Counted from the stretch's first letter, positions 1 to 11,191 are shown. The stretch: 64,000 nucleotides of DNA from Longimicrobiales bacterium (GCA_965248195.1 CBDFIQ010000002.1:2336001-2400000); one strand, 5' to 3'. The notes: a model not told the origin generated them from the letters alone. A program made the numbers and translations.

Positions 1-119
1 TGTTCGAGGTCCCCTCTCGAACGGATGTCCGAGAGGTGGTCGTCACGGCCGACTGTATAGACAAGGCCGTGCCACCGCTGCTGGTACTCCACCCGGAGAC
101 GCAGAAAAAAGAGGCCTGA
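1..119 (+). CDS. clpX: ClpX ATP-binding subunit, C-terminal fragment (runs off window start)
   Basis: Frame from nt 3 reads FEVPSRTDVREVVVTADCIDKAVPPLLVLHPETQKKEA*, like a ClpX tail; lies upstream of lon-engB (conserved order). Confidence 0.8.
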   Translation, partial: FEVPSRTDVREVVVTADCIDKAVPPLLVLHPETQKKEA

Positions 120-229
120 GCCCTTCCCCACAGTTGTTCCCCGGCGTAGGATGCGCGCAGCCGGTCCAACCTCCCGAGAGCGGCCCGCACCTATGTGAGC
201 TTGAATTCACGTATCTGAAGTACGCTTAA

Positions 230-532
230 GAAGGCTGTTGAAGGAGTACAGCGGGTCGCGCACAGGGCGCTTGTGCGCGTTCAGACAAGGAACGACGACG
301 AGGCGTAGCAGAGCTACGCCGAGGAGGAGAGACGCAGGATCAACCGCACAACCGCCCTGTGCCCTCCACCATTTATGACATAAGCTTACACGTTGATGGG
401 TTGCGGTGGCACGGCCCCATCTCCGTTGTTGGAGCTCCTAGCCATAGCTACGGCTATGGCGTCGTCGCTCCGCCTAGGGTCTGGGACCGTGGCATCCGCA
501 ACGCGGCCCACTGTACTCCTTCAACAGCCTTC
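230..532 (+). mobile_element. MITE-like structured repeat, copy 1 (303 bp)
   Basis: Perfect 22-bp TIR GAAGGCTGTTGAAGGAGTACAG (230-251) / CTGTACTCCTTCAACAGCCTTC (511-532); near-identical copies at 46176 and 61295 in the opposite orientation; no transposase ORF. Confidence 0.9.
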
Positions 533-542
533 ACGGAGCTGA

Positions 543-2993
543 ATGGCGACACTGATCCGGGTCGACCAGAGCTACGAGATCCCAGACCAGCTTCCCGTGG
601 TCGCGCTTCGGGACCTGGTCTTCTTCCCTTACATGGTCCTGCCCCTGCTGATCGGCCGACCGCCGTCGCTCGCCGCGCTGGAGGCGGCCGAGAAGGGCGA
701 AGGATTTATCCTCCTCCTGGCGCAAAGGGACGTTCAGGTGGAGGACCCTTCCAAAGACGACGTGCACCGCGTCGGGGTCGTTGCGCAGGTCCTACAGGTG
801 TCGCGACTTTCGGACGGGAACGCACGCGTCGTACTCGAAGGCATCGGGCGCTGTAGGGTTCGTCGCTTCCTGAAATCTCAAGTCGGGTTTGCGGCGTCGA
901 TCGAGCCCTTCGTCGCAGAGGAACGAGCGGAGGGGCGGGAGCCGAGCGAGGAGGAGGCGCTCGCCCGAGGCGTCCTTCGGCTCTTTCACGAGTATGTCCA
1001 TCTGTGTGATCGCGTCCCAGACGATGTGTCGAGCTCGATTTCCCTCGAGGGCGACCGGCTTCGCTCGGCCCATTTGATCTCCGGACATTTGCTGGTGCTT
1101 CCCAGCGAGAAGCAAGAGCTTCTCGAATCTCCCGCCCTCGCGCCATATTACGGGCTACTGAGAGAGATCCTGGTGCGCGAGTTGGAGATTCTGCGCATCG
1201 AAGAGAAGCTGGATGCCCAGATCCGCATGCAGCTCGACTCGGATCACCGCCAGATCTACCTCCAGGAGCAGTTGAAGGCGATTCACAACGAGCTCGGGGC
1301 CGACCCCCAGGATGAGTGGTCGGATCTCGCGGCGGCGGTGGTGTCCGCTTCCCTACCCCCACAAGCCCGTGAGCGTGCGGAACGCGAACTCAATCGCCTC
1401 GAAAAATTGAATCCGGTCGCACCCGAGGCCGCGGTGATTCGAACCTACCTCGACTGGATCTTGGAACTCCCGTGGACGGAACGCAGAGAGGACAATCTCG
1501 ACGTCGAGCATGCATCAGCCACGATCGATGAGGCCCATTACGCGCTGGCTGAGGTGAAGGATCACATTCTCGACCATATCGCTGTCCTGTCGCTGGTCGG
1601 TGAGCTGAAGGGACCCATCCTCTGCCTGGTTGGCCCACCCGGGGTCGGCAAGACCTCTCTCGGCCGCAGTATCGCCACGGCTCTCGGCCGAGAATTCCTC
1701 CGCGTCAGCTTGGGGGGCATCCGAGACGAGGCCGAGATCCGCGGTCACCGGCGCACCTACGTCGGTGCCTTGCCTGGAAGGGTGCTCCAGGGAATGCGCC
1801 GCAGCGGGACCATCAACCCGGTTTTCCTCCTCGATGAGATCGACAAGTTGGCCCATGACTTCCATGGCGATCCCGGTGCAGCCCTCCTGGAGGTCCTGGA
1901 CCCGGAGCAGAACAAGACGTTCACGGACCACTACCTGGAGTTGGAATACGACCTCTCCGATGTCTTGTTCGTTGCCACCGCCAACACGCTCGGTGGGATA
2001 CCGGAGCCGCTTCGGGACCGCATGGAGATCATCCGTCTTCCAGGATACCTGGACACCGAGAAGCTCGCGATCGCCCTGCGATTCCTCTGGCCCCACCAGG
2101 CGATGCGCCATGGCCTACCGACCGACCTGGACCTGACCGAGGGAGCGGCCAAGGCCATCATCCGGAGGTATACGCGGGAGGCGGGTGTCCGAGAGCTGGA
2201 CCGCCGTATATCTCGCGTCGCCCGAAAACTCGCCCGACGAAGGGCCGAAGAGGGCCCGCCTAAGGGTGACGACGCTGCGGCGAGCGCGGGCGATCGGTCG
2301 GCCAAAACCCCTGGAATCGGCGAGGACGACCTAAAGGCTCTTTTGGGCCCGCCGCTCTATCTGGATCGCAGCAAGGACGATGGTGAGCGCTCCGGAATGG
2401 CCAACGGGCTGGCGTGGACGGAAGCGGGAGGTGTTGTGCTCGACGTCGAGGTGGCGGTGGTGCCGGGCTCGGGCCAAGTGCAGCTCACTGGCACGCTCGG
2501 AGACGTGATGAAGGAGTCCGCCTTCGCGGCGGTCACCTACGCCCGTTCACGCGCCACCCGGCTCGGGCTCGATCCACAGTTCCATAAGGACGTCGACATC
2601 CATATCCACATCCCGGAGGGTGCGACCCCGAAGGATGGTCCGTCTGCCGGAATCACCATCGCCACGGCGCTGATCTCGGCGCTCACCGGGACGCCGTCAC
2701 GGGCCGACGTGGCCATGACCGGAGAGATCACACTTCGAGGGCGCGTCCTGGCTGTCGGAGGGGTCAAGGAGAAGGCTGTGGCCGCGCTCCGGGAGGGATT
2801 GAGTAAGGTTCTGCTGCCGGCCGCCAACGCGCCGGAGTTGGAGCTCATGCCTGAGGAGGTGATCGACGGATTGGAGTTCGTGCCGGTCCGTACGATGGAC
2901 GAGGTCCTGAACCAGGCGCTCACGGCGGTACCGGAAGCCCGGCGGAGCTTCGCTGAGGGTGGGAGTTCGGTCGGAACCCACCTTTCGCAATAG
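543..2993 (+). CDS. lon: Lon ATP-dependent protease
   Basis: LON N domain, Walker A GPPGVGKT, GHRRTYVGA, catalytic PKDGPSAG. Confidence 0.98.
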   Translation: MATLIRVDQSYEIPDQLPVVALRDLVFFPYMVLPLLIGRPPSLAALEAAEKGEGFILLLAQRDVQVEDPSKDDVHRVGVVAQVLQVSRLSDGNARVVLEGIGRCRVRRFLKSQVGFAASIEPFVAEERAEGREPSEEEALARGVLRLFHEYVHLCDRVPDDVSSSISLEGDRLRSAHLISGHLLVLPSEKQELLESPALAPYYGLLREILVRELEILRIEEKLDAQIRMQLDSDHRQIYLQEQLKAIHNELGADPQDEWSDLAAAVVSASLPPQARERAERELNRLEKLNPVAPEAAVIRTYLDWILELPWTERREDNLDVEHASATIDEAHYALAEVKDHILDHIAVLSLVGELKGPILCLVGPPGVGKTSLGRSIATALGREFLRVSLGGIRDEAEIRGHRRTYVGALPGRVLQGMRRSGTINPVFLLDEIDKLAHDFHGDPGAALLEVLDPEQNKTFTDHYLELEYDLSDVLFVATANTLGGIPEPLRDRMEIIRLPGYLDTEKLAIALRFLWPHQAMRHGLPTDLDLTEGAAKAIIRRYTREAGVRELDRRISRVARKLARRRAEEGPPKGDDAAASAGDRSAKTPGIGEDDLKALLGPPLYLDRSKDDGERSGMANGLAWTEAGGVVLDVEVAVVPGSGQVQLTGTLGDVMKESAFAAVTYARSRATRLGLDPQFHKDVDIHIHIPEGATPKDGPSAGITIATALISALTGTPSRADVAMTGEITLRGRVLAVGGVKEKAVAALREGLSKVLLPAANAPELELMPEEVIDGLEFVPVRTMDEVLNQALTAVPEARRSFAEGGSSVGTHLSQ

Positions 2994-2994
2994 C

Positions 2995-3600
2995 GTGAAG
3001 GTTCGGACCGTCGAATTCGCCGGGAGCCTGTTCGACACCGACGCGCCGGTTCCTGGAGACCTTCCTCAGGTCGCGTTCTCCGGCCGCTCCAACGTCGGCA
3101 AGTCGTCACTCATCAACGTGCTTCTTAGACGCACGCAGAAGAAGCTCGCGCGCGTATCCGCGACACCGGGCAAGACGCGGTCCCTCAATTTTTACCTGGT
3201 GAATGACCGCTTCTTCCTTGTCGACCTTCCGGGCTTCGGCTTCGCCAGGGTCTCCTCCCGTGTGAGGCGGTCCTGGAAGACGCTCGTCGAGGATTATCTC
3301 GTAGGGGAACCGAAGCTCCGTGGCGTCGTACATCTAGTAGATGCCCGCCACGACCCCACCATCACCGATCTCGAAATGGTGGAGTTCCTCGCAGAGAAAG
3401 GCCTGCCGACCTTGGTGGTGCTCACGAAGATGGACAAGCTCAAGCGTATGGCCAGGGAGAGAACCGTGACGGAGGCCGTGGAACGACTGAATATCGATGA
3501 GGATCAGGTGCTTGGCTTTTCATCCAAAACGGGCGAAGGACGCGAGGAGTTACTGACAGCACTCGACCATCTGATCGGCGTAGACGAGGACGGACATTGA
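2995..3600 (+). CDS. engB: Ribosome biogenesis GTPase YihA/YsxC
   Basis: GRSNVGKSS, PGKT, DLPGFG, TKMDK motifs; GTG start right after lon stop. Confidence 0.95.
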   Translation: MKVRTVEFAGSLFDTDAPVPGDLPQVAFSGRSNVGKSSLINVLLRRTQKKLARVSATPGKTRSLNFYLVNDRFFLVDLPGFGFARVSSRVRRSWKTLVEDYLVGEPKLRGVVHLVDARHDPTITDLEMVEFLAEKGLPTLVVLTKMDKLKRMARERTVTEAVERLNIDEDQVLGFSSKTGEGREELLTALDHLIGVDEDGH

Positions 3601-4226
3601 GCGGTAAGGTGGGCGGGACGTGTGCGCTTGTCGGGGCCATTCTGGTTATTCTCAGCGGCTGCGGGGCCGTCGGCACGGGAACTGGCCAGTCGGCGCCGCC
3701 GCCCGGCCGCGGAGGCGCGGATGCACTCGTCCCACCTGGATATGGGACCCTTACACAGGCCCAGTTCACGCTCGAGTTAGAGAGCGGCGAGCTCCAGATC
3801 CAGGTCACACCGCTGGCCGAATCCGTCATTCGACTGGCAGCTCCCGACACGTATCAGCGGCTGACTGGCATCTCGGCGTCGGCCGGTGCGTCCTTGGGGT
3901 CCCGGGCTCAAGAGGAAAGCCCCCTTTTCCTCGTGTCGATGTTCAGTCGAGCCCCAACGGTCACGTACGAGCCCGAGAATCTCCATATCGTTAACGGTGG
4001 ACTCAGGTACCGTTCCACAGCCATCCAGGCGATCACCCCCGGCTGGGGAGGACAACGCCTTCGGCAACAGGAGACCCAACTTGCCGTCTACGCCTTCGAT
4101 CCGGGCATCGAGCTGGAGATCGCCCTGATCGTAGAGTACGAGGGCGTCAGCGATACGTCCTGGCAAACCATCCTCAATCGGCTCGAAGCGGAGCGGGCTC
4201 GCGTGCGGGCTCGGGTCGGCGCTTGA
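3597..4226 (+). CDS. Hypothetical lipoprotein
   Basis: Hydrophobic N-terminus with LSGC lipobox; overlaps engB stop. Confidence 0.7.
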   Translation: MSGKVGGTCALVGAILVILSGCGAVGTGTGQSAPPPGRGGADALVPPGYGTLTQAQFTLELESGELQIQVTPLAESVIRLAAPDTYQRLTGISASAGASLGSRAQEESPLFLVSMFSRAPTVTYEPENLHIVNGGLRYRSTAIQAITPGWGGQRLRQQETQLAVYAFDPGIELEIALIVEYEGVSDTSWQTILNRLEAERARVRARVGA

Positions 4227-4278
4227 GAGGCATCGGCACTCCCGGTGGCTCGCAAACTTCTGGAACACTGCATTAGGT

Positions 4279-5910
4279 CTAATCGGCGTCTTCCTCGTCC
4301 ATCCCGAATTTCTTGATCTTGCGATAAAGCGTCCGCTCGCCGATGGCAAGCATCTGGGCCGCCTTTCGGCGGTTTCCACGAACCTCCACCAGCGCCGCGG
4401 CAATCGCCGCCCGCTCCAGATCCTCCATGGTCATCCCCGGCCGATACACGACTGCCCCGCCCCCGAGCGCCTCCCGCGGCCCGTCTCCGGTTGAGATCTC
4501 GATCGGCTCCTCAACGTCCCAGGACTCGTCCAAGACGCCGGCGGCGGGTCGAACACCGATCTCTACTCTCCCCTCGCGGCTCGGATAGGTGTCCACGGGC
4601 GCGGCAGCGCCTGGCTGTGGTGACTGGTAGGCCTCGAACTCCTTTCGGAGGTCGTCCACGTCCATTCGAAGATCGACCAGGGTCCGGAAGATAAACTCCA
4701 ACTCGGGCCTGATTCCCTGAGTGCCCGCGCCTTCCAACGCCCCTGAACTCCCTGCGGCGAAGGGAACAAGGGCAGCGGTGCCCGGTGCGTTCCCCCGAAC
4801 GTCCGAAGGGATATCATTGGGCAGAACCCGCCGTCCCGGCGCGAGGACGACCATACTCTCGACCAGGTTCTGTAATTCGCGGATGTTCCCGGGCCAATAG
4901 TAGTCCTGGAGGATCTCCATGGCCTCTTGAGAAATTCCCTCGAACCGACGGTCGTGACGCCTACTGGCATCCTCGATGAAGGCGTCCACCAGCAGGGGGA
5001 TGTCCTCTCGCCTCCGGCGGAGCGGAGGGAGCTCGATATGCAACACGTTCAGCCGATAGAAGAGGTCTTTTCGGAACTGGCCCAAGGCCACGAGCTGCTT
5101 CAGGTCCTGGTTGGTGGCCGTGACGATGCGGATATCGACGCGAATCACGTCCTCACCACCCACGCGACGGAACTCGCGCTGCTCGAGGACCCGAAGGAGC
5201 TTGGTCTGCGTGGCCCCCGGCATCTCCCCGATCTCGTCCAGGAAAATGGTCCCTTTGTCGGCCAACTCGAAGAGCCCACGTCGGGAATCGATCGCGCCTG
5301 TGAAGGCTCCCTTTTCATGACCGAAAAGTTCGCTTTCCAAGAGAGTCTCAGAGAGTGCGGCAACGTTTACCGCGATGAACGGCCGGTGGCGCCTCGACGA
5401 GAGATGATGGATTCCTCGCGCGACTAACTCCTTACCTGTTCCCGACTCACCAGTGATGAGCACCGTGGACGCCACCGGCGCGAACTGCACGACCCGCTCC
5501 AGAACCTCCTTCATCGCGTCGGTTTCACCGACGATGCCGGCTGACGCCTGGAGCCGACGACGTTCGATTACCGAACGAGCAACGAAAACAACGTCGTCGG
5601 CACGAACAACGTCAGAGAAGACCTCCAGGTACGCGGCAGCCAGCCTGGGGATTAGCTCAGCATCTTCCACGATCGCGAAGGCCGGAGCTTTCGATTCGGC
5701 GCGGACACGGCCGACCAGGCCGCGGGCGGTGGCGGTGGCTGGGGACCCGGTTATGACCAGCAATTCGATTGGGGGTCCTCCACTCACGTCTTCGTCCGGG
5801 GTGACCAGCTCTGCGTCGTACCCGGCGCCCTGGAACGCCTTCCTGAGCTCCCCCGCCCGCTCCAAATGATGGGTCGAGACGAGCACCCTGCCCTCATCGG
5901 CGCCGCTCAT
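4279..5910 (-). CDS. Sigma54-dependent Fis-family activator with degenerate receiver-like N-terminus
   Basis: [32 protein letters not shown]-terminal HTH ([20 protein letters not shown]). Confidence 0.93.
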   Translation of the reverse strand: MSGADEGRVLVSTHHLERAGELRKAFQGAGYDAELVTPDEDVSGGPPIELLVITGSPATATARGLVGRVRAESKAPAFAIVEDAELIPRLAAAYLEVFSDVVRADDVVFVARSVIERRRLQASAGIVGETDAMKEVLERVVQFAPVASTVLITGESGTGKELVARGIHHLSSRRHRPFIAVNVAALSETLLESELFGHEKGAFTGAIDSRRGLFELADKGTIFLDEIGEMPGATQTKLLRVLEQREFRRVGGEDVIRVDIRIVTATNQDLKQLVALGQFRKDLFYRLNVLHIELPPLRRRREDIPLLVDAFIEDASRRHDRRFEGISQEAMEILQDYYWPGNIRELQNLVESMVVLAPGRRVLPNDIPSDVRGNAPGTAALVPFAAGSSGALEGAGTQGIRPELEFIFRTLVDLRMDVDDLRKEFEAYQSPQPGAAAPVDTYPSREGRVEIGVRPAAGVLDESWDVEEPIEISTGDGPREALGGGAVVYRPGMTMEDLERAAIAAALVEVRGNRRKAAQMLAIGERTLYRKIKKFGMDEEDAD

Positions 5911-6416
5911 TCGGGACCCATGGGCTTCGCGGAGCTCGGATGTCCAGTGGCCTCGCCCCGCAACAGTTCCACGATGTGTGGAAGAAGCCCCTCGATCGCC
6001 TCAAGGCCGTCGCGGACACCGCCGGGGCTCCCCGGAAGGTTCGCCACAAAGGTCCGGCCCCGGGATCCCGCAAGCCCCCTCGATAACACCGCGGTCGGCG
6101 TCTCGGGCAACCCCTGTCTTCGAATGGCATCGGCCAACCCGGGCGCCTCCTTATCCAGCACCCCTCTTGTGGCTTCCGGCGTCACGTCACGCGGGGAAAA
6201 GCCCGTACCCCCGGTGGTCAGCACGACGTCGACATCTCCGGAATCGGCCCACTGCACGAGCTGCGGAATGATCTGTTCGGTCTCATCGGGTACGACGCTT
6301 CGATGTATCAGCTCGTATTCGCATCGGGCGCACCACAGCGCGATCAGGTCACCACTCCGATCCTCCCGCTCACCGGAAAAGCAGCCGTCGCTCACCGTCA
6401 GAACCGCTACCCGCAT
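5907..6416 (-). CDS. mog: MogA/MoaB molybdopterin adenylyltransferase
   Basis: [34 protein letters not shown]. Confidence 0.93.
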   Translation of the reverse strand: MRVAVLTVSDGCFSGEREDRSGDLIALWCARCEYELIHRSVVPDETEQIIPQLVQWADSGDVDVVLTTGGTGFSPRDVTPEATRGVLDKEAPGLADAIRRQGLPETPTAVLSRGLAGSRGRTFVANLPGSPGGVRDGLEAIEGLLPHIVELLRGEATGHPSSAKPMGPE

Positions 6417-6450
6417 ACTAGAGGCCTGTTGAAGAAGTAAACGGCCCGAT

Positions 6451-7560
6451 TCACCGTCGAACCGAGCCCTCGGTATAGAACGGAAGCCGGGTGACCACGC
6501 CGGGAATCACCTCGTCGCGGATGCGAACCCCGACTTCGGTATCGGGATTGATCAACTCGGCGGGCACGTAACCCAGCGCGACGCCGTAGCCGAGACTCGG
6601 GCTCACGGTCCCGCTGGTCACCGATCCCACCTCGTTCCCCTCATGGACAATGGGGTATCCGGGCCGCGGAAAGCCCCGCTCAGTCAGGCGAATTCCGACA
6701 AGTCTGTGGGGAACGCCCTCTTTCCTTTGCCGCACCAACGCATCGCGCCCGGAAAACTCTCCCTTATCCCATTTCACCACCCACCCGAGCCGGCCCGCCA
6801 GGGGCGTGTGTTCCTCGTCGAGGTCGTTGCCGTAAAGCGCGAAGCCCACCTCGAGCCGTAGGGAGTCCCGGGCTCCGAGCCCGGCCGGGAGTAGCCCGGC
6901 CCCCCCACCCCGCTCGAACAGAGCATTCCAGACCGCGACCGCATCGGCCTCGGCCACGTACAGCTCGAAGCCATCCTCTCCCGTGTATCCGGTCCGACTG
7001 ATCGTCGCGGCACACCCCGCTACGATCCCTTCCGTGAAATGGTAATATGCGATGCCATTCAGATTCGCGTCCGTGAGGGGATCGAGTATCTCCTGGGCAC
7101 GGGGGCCTTGGAGAGCCAAGAGGCCCATGTCGTCCGACCGGTCCTCCAAGGTCACATCGAGGCCCTCTACATGCTCCAAAATCCACACCCAGTCTTGATC
7201 CCGTCGGGAGGCGTTCACCACCAACATGTAGTGATCAGCCATACGATAGACGACGAGATCGTCGCGGATGCCTCCGTCCTCGGCGCACATGGCGGAGTAT
7301 TGGCACTGACCCACTGCCAGGCTCGCGGCGTCATTGACGCTCACGCGCTGAACCAGATCGATCGCTTGGGGGCCGTGGATCAGGAACTCGCCCATATGAG
7401 AAACGTCGAAGAGGCCCGCCACCTCACGCACGGCGTGGTGCTCCGCCGTGATTCCCGCCGGGTACTGGACCGGCATCTCGTATCCGGCGAACGGCACCAT
7501 CTTGGCCCCAAGACCCAGATGCACATCATGGAGGGGAGTTTTCTTAAGCGTGTCGTTCAT
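6451..7560 (-). CDS. gcvT: Glycine cleavage aminomethyltransferase T
   Basis: [46 protein letters not shown]. Confidence 0.97.
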   Translation of the reverse strand: MNDTLKKTPLHDVHLGLGAKMVPFAGYEMPVQYPAGITAEHHAVREVAGLFDVSHMGEFLIHGPQAIDLVQRVSVNDAASLAVGQCQYSAMCAEDGGIRDDLVVYRMADHYMLVVNASRRDQDWVWILEHVEGLDVTLEDRSDDMGLLALQGPRAQEILDPLTDANLNGIAYYHFTEGIVAGCAATISRTGYTGEDGFELYVAEADAVAVWNALFERGGGAGLLPAGLGARDSLRLEVGFALYGNDLDEEHTPLAGRLGWVVKWDKGEFSGRDALVRQRKEGVPHRLVGIRLTERGFPRPGYPIVHEGNEVGSVTSGTVSPSLGYGVALGYVPAELINPDTEVGVRIRDEVIPGVVTRLPFYTEGSVRR

Positions 7561-7596
7561 GCTCTTTCGTCGCACTCGACAGGATTAACGCGCGAA

Positions 7597-9096
7597 TCAG
7601 AGGATGTAGCGCCTCAGGTCAGCGTCGTCCACGATGGCTGAGAGGTTATCCCGAACGAAGTCACGATCCACGACGATCTCTCGTAGGTCGTCTTCGGGGA
7701 GCCCGTAGAGCACCGACTCGAGCAGTGTCGTGAGCACCGTGTGCAGACGGCGCGCCCCGATATTCTCCATTTGGTCGTTCAAAACGGCGGCGAGTCTCGC
7801 CACCTCCTCGATCCCCTCTGAAGTGAAATCGAGCGTGGCGCCCTCAGTCTCCACCAACGCGCGGTATTGATGAACGAGCGCATTCTTTGGCTCCTGGAGA
7901 ATACGGACGAATTCCTCTTCGCCGAGGCTTTTCAGCTCGACCCGAATGGGGAAGCGTCCCTGCAGCTCGGGGATCAGGTCGCTGGGTTTCGCCACGTGGA
8001 ACGCTCCTGCCGCCACGAAGAGCACATGGTCCGTCCGCACGAGACCGTATTTGGTCTGCACCGTCGAGCCCTCGACGATCGGCAGGATGTCGCGCTGCAC
8101 CCCCTCGCGGCTCACATCGGGCCCTGCCCCACTGCGCTCCCCGGCGATCTTGTCGATCTCGTCCAAGAAGACGATCCCCATGTCCTCGGCCCGAATGAGG
8201 GCCTCGTTCACGACCTCGTCCATGTCGATCAAGCGGTCCATCTCGTCCTGGACAAGGATCCTCCGGGCCTCCGAAACAGACACGGTGCGCCGCTTTTTCC
8301 GCTTGGGAAGCATATCCTGGAGCATTTCGGTGAAGTTGTGATCCATGCCCTCCATACCCCCGCCCATCGGCAACACCATGCCCTCAATCGACGCCGTCTG
8401 GGATACCTCGATTTCGACCTCGCGTTCTTCCAGCTTTCCATCCTGCAGGAGCGTCCGGAGCTTTTCCCTCGTTCGTAGGCGGCGTGCCTCGATAACCTCG
8501 TCGGCCTCCCCGCCAACATCCTTCGCCTCGGCGCCCTCCCTGCCCACCACGAAGACGTGTGGGCGCCCCTCACCGCTCTCCGGGACCGCCGGATGCGCAA
8601 CGGTCGGACTCGTCGCCGGCGTAGGGAGAAGAAGGTCCAGAAGGCGCTCTTCGGTCCTCGCATCCGCCAACTCCTCGACATCGTCCTCACGCTCGGCGCG
8701 AACCATGTTGACGGCTACGTCCACCAAATCGCGGATCATCGACTCCACGTCCCGCCCCACGTACCCCACCTCGGTGTATTTCGACGCCTCCACCTTCACG
8801 AACGGTGCCCCCGCCAGACGGGCAAGCCGACGCGCGATCTCGGTCTTCCCGACCCCTGTGGGACCGATCAGGATCAGGTTGTTGGGGAGGATCTCATCGC
8901 GAAGCTCCTCTTCGACCCGCTGCCGGCGCCAACGGTTTCGAAGAGCGATGGCCACGGCCTTCTTGGCTTCGTCCTGACCCACGATGTACTTATCCAGCTC
9001 GGCAACGATCTGGCGAGGCGTGAGTTGGTCCAACCAATCCTCGTCCGACGCGTCGGGCGTATCCACTGAAAGCCGGGGCTCGCTGGATTTTTCCAT
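7597..9096 (-). CDS. hslU: HslU ATPase
   Basis: [40 protein letters not shown]; start set at ATG 9096. Confidence 0.97.
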   Translation of the reverse strand: MEKSSEPRLSVDTPDASDEDWLDQLTPRQIVAELDKYIVGQDEAKKAVAIALRNRWRRQRVEEELRDEILPNNLILIGPTGVGKTEIARRLARLAGAPFVKVEASKYTEVGYVGRDVESMIRDLVDVAVNMVRAEREDDVEELADARTEERLLDLLLPTPATSPTVAHPAVPESGEGRPHVFVVGREGAEAKDVGGEADEVIEARRLRTREKLRTLLQDGKLEEREVEIEVSQTASIEGMVLPMGGGMEGMDHNFTEMLQDMLPKRKKRRTVSVSEARRILVQDEMDRLIDMDEVVNEALIRAEDMGIVFLDEIDKIAGERSGAGPDVSREGVQRDILPIVEGSTVQTKYGLVRTDHVLFVAAGAFHVAKPSDLIPELQGRFPIRVELKSLGEEEFVRILQEPKNALVHQYRALVETEGATLDFTSEGIEEVARLAAVLNDQMENIGARRLHTVLTTLLESVLYGLPEDDLREIVVDRDFVRDNLSAIVDDADLRRYIL

Positions 9097-9097
9097 T

Positions 9098-9652
9098 CTA
9101 CACCAACTCCAGAACCGTGATCTCTTGGTTCGTATAGATGCAGATCTCAGCGGCAATCTCGAGGGACCGGCGCACCGTTTCTTTCGCCGATAGCTCTGAA
9201 TGTGCAAGCAGCGCGCGAGCCGCGGCCGTGGCGTATGAGCCGCCAGAGCCGATCGCCAGGACAGGATCGTCGGGTTCGATCACCTCGCCCTGTCCACTGA
9301 CCAGGAAAAGGTGTTCTCGATCGGCCACGAGAAGAAGAGCGTCGAGTCTCCGCAGATAACGGTCCATCCGCCAATCCTTGGCGAGCTCCACCACGGCCTT
9401 GGTCAGGTTCTTCGGAAACCGCTCCAGCTTTTCCTCCAGCTTCTCGAAGAGCGTGAACGCATCGGCGACGGCGCCCGCGAAACCGACGAGCACGCTTCCT
9501 TCCCGAAGCGTCCGCACCTTTTGGGCGGCATTCTTCACGACCGTGTCCCCGATCGTCACCTGGCCGTCGCCCGCAAGCGCAACATGGCCATCGCGCCGCA
9601 CGGCCACGATCGTCGTCGCCCGGAGGTCCAGTCCGCCAGCTCGTTCTGTCAT
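9098..9652 (-). CDS. hslV: HslV protease subunit
   Basis: ATTIVAV, AGDGQVT, AIGSGG, ICIYTN; start set at ATG 9652. Confidence 0.97.
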   Translation of the reverse strand: MTERAGGLDLRATTIVAVRRDGHVALAGDGQVTIGDTVVKNAAQKVRTLREGSVLVGFAGAVADAFTLFEKLEEKLERFPKNLTKAVVELAKDWRMDRYLRRLDALLLVADREHLFLVSGQGEVIEPDDPVLAIGSGGSYATAAARALLAHSELSAKETVRRSLEIAAEICIYTNQEITVLELV

Positions 9653-10042
9653 GCGGTTCCCTCGACTCACTCGGTGTATCCTGGGTTCCATCATCGTAGA
9701 TCGCGTATCGAAAACCGCCAGCCGGGCCATTCGCCGGGGCCCCGCCCAAACGCTACTCCCCGGGGATCCTACGATACAGCAACACCCTGACCGCACCAAG
9801 CGCCCACCGGCGTCACGGTTGTCCCAACAGTAGCGATGGGGTCCATAAGTCGCGATGGGCGGATCTCACCGAGCCTGGGCCGCAGCTCGGCCGACTCTCC
9901 GCGATATAGCTAGGCGGCCCCATCGGGTCGATCCATAGTGAGTTGCCCGTGTCTTCCCTTGCCTGCCGTCGGGACGACAGGTACGATTTTGCCAGACGCC
10001 CGTCGAGCGGGCGTCATCAGCAGATTCCCCGGGAGGTGTTTC

Positions 10043-11191
10043 GTGAGACGTGTTCTTCTTGCGGCCTTAGTGCTCGGCCTGACGATGACTCCGGCGTTCG
10101 GGCAGATCGTTCCGGAACTTCCGTTCGAATCGGTGCCCAATCCGCTGAAATTACCCAACGACATCCACTTCGGTGAGATCGCTGGAGTGGCGGTCAATTC
10201 GAGGGGGCATGTCTTCGTGTTCTCGCGTGGCAACTCAGTCGGGCCGTCCTACATGGCCACGGCCTCGCAGCTCCTCGAGTTCGACGCCAACGGTAATTTC
10301 GTCCGCGAGATCGGCAAAAACCTGAATGCGTGGTCCTACGCACATGCCGTTCGCGTCGATCCCCAGGACAACGTCTGGGTCGTCGACAAGGGATCGAACA
10401 TGATCCTCAGGTTCACCCCCGAGGGTCACGTGGATTGGGTCTTCGGCCGCAAGGGAGAGGCCTCGCACCTCATCGTGCCGCCCGACTACCAGACCGTGAT
10501 GGCCAGACTGCTCGACCGCGCCGGCGTGGACGTGGAAGTTCCCGAGAATAACAACCCGCGCTGGCCCATACCGGTGCATCAGGACAACAGCTTCAACCAG
10601 CCCACCGACGTAGCATGGGACTCGAACGGGAACTCGTATTTCAGCGACGGCTACATCAACTCGAGGGTTGGCAAAGCCAACGCGAAAGGCGAGTGGGTGG
10701 CCAGCTGGGGGTCACTCGGCAGCGGCCCCGGCCAGTTCGACACGCCGCACGGCATTGCGGTGTCACCCGATGACGAGATCTACGTGGCGGACCGCGGCAA
10801 CCGCCGCGTTCAAGTGTTCGATCCCGACGGCAACTACCTGCGCGAATTCGTCATCGACGTGCCGGTGGACGTGACGCGGGGCAAGATCGTGTACGGGCGG
10901 GAAAACCCGAACGGCACGAGGGGCTCCCTAGCACCAGGGGCTCCCGACGCCTTGTGCATGACGCCCGGGCCCAATCCGGTGCTCTTCATCGGCGATCTGT
11001 ACCCGAGCCGCATCTACAAGGTGTCGCTCGACGGCAAGGTGCTCGGCGTTTACGGGCAGCCCGGCCGTAACCTCGGCGAGTTCGGCTGGATTCATGGCAT
11101 CGCGTGCCCGTCCGAGGACGAGATCTGGGTGGCCGAGCTCATCAACTGGCGCGTGCAGAAGCTCGTCACCAGGGGCACGAGCACCAGGTAG
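10043..11191 (+). CDS. Secreted NHL-repeat beta-propeller (peptidylglycine amidating lyase-like)
   Basis: GGAGG + GTG start, signal peptide, FNQPTDVAWD, GQFDTPHGIAV, YVADRGNRRVQVFD. Confidence 0.85.
   Translation: MRRVLLAALVLGLTMTPAFGQIVPELPFESVPNPLKLPNDIHFGEIAGVAVNSRGHVFVFSRGNSVGPSYMATASQLLEFDANGNFVREIGKNLNAWSYAHAVRVDPQDNVWVVDKGSNMILRFTPEGHVDWVFGRKGEASHLIVPPDYQTVMARLLDRAGVDVEVPENNNPRWPIPVHQDNSFNQPTDVAWDSNGNSYFSDGYINSRVGKANAKGEWVASWGSLGSGPGQFDTPHGIAVSPDDEIYVADRGNRRVQVFDPDGNYLREFVIDVPVDVTRGKIVYGRENPNGTRGSLAPGAPDALCMTPGPNPVLFIGDLYPSRIYKVSLDGKVLGVYGQPGRNLGEFGWIHGIACPSEDEIWVAELINWRVQKLVTRGTSTR

Noticed and set aside
359..856. 165-aa ORF, plus small ORFs at 61225-61607
   Set aside because: They derive from the repeat element or overlap lon out of frame; not conserved as ORFs across the three copies
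7560..7600. Glycine riboswitch upstream of gcvT
   Set aside because: Only about 36 bp separate hslU and gcvT, leaving no room
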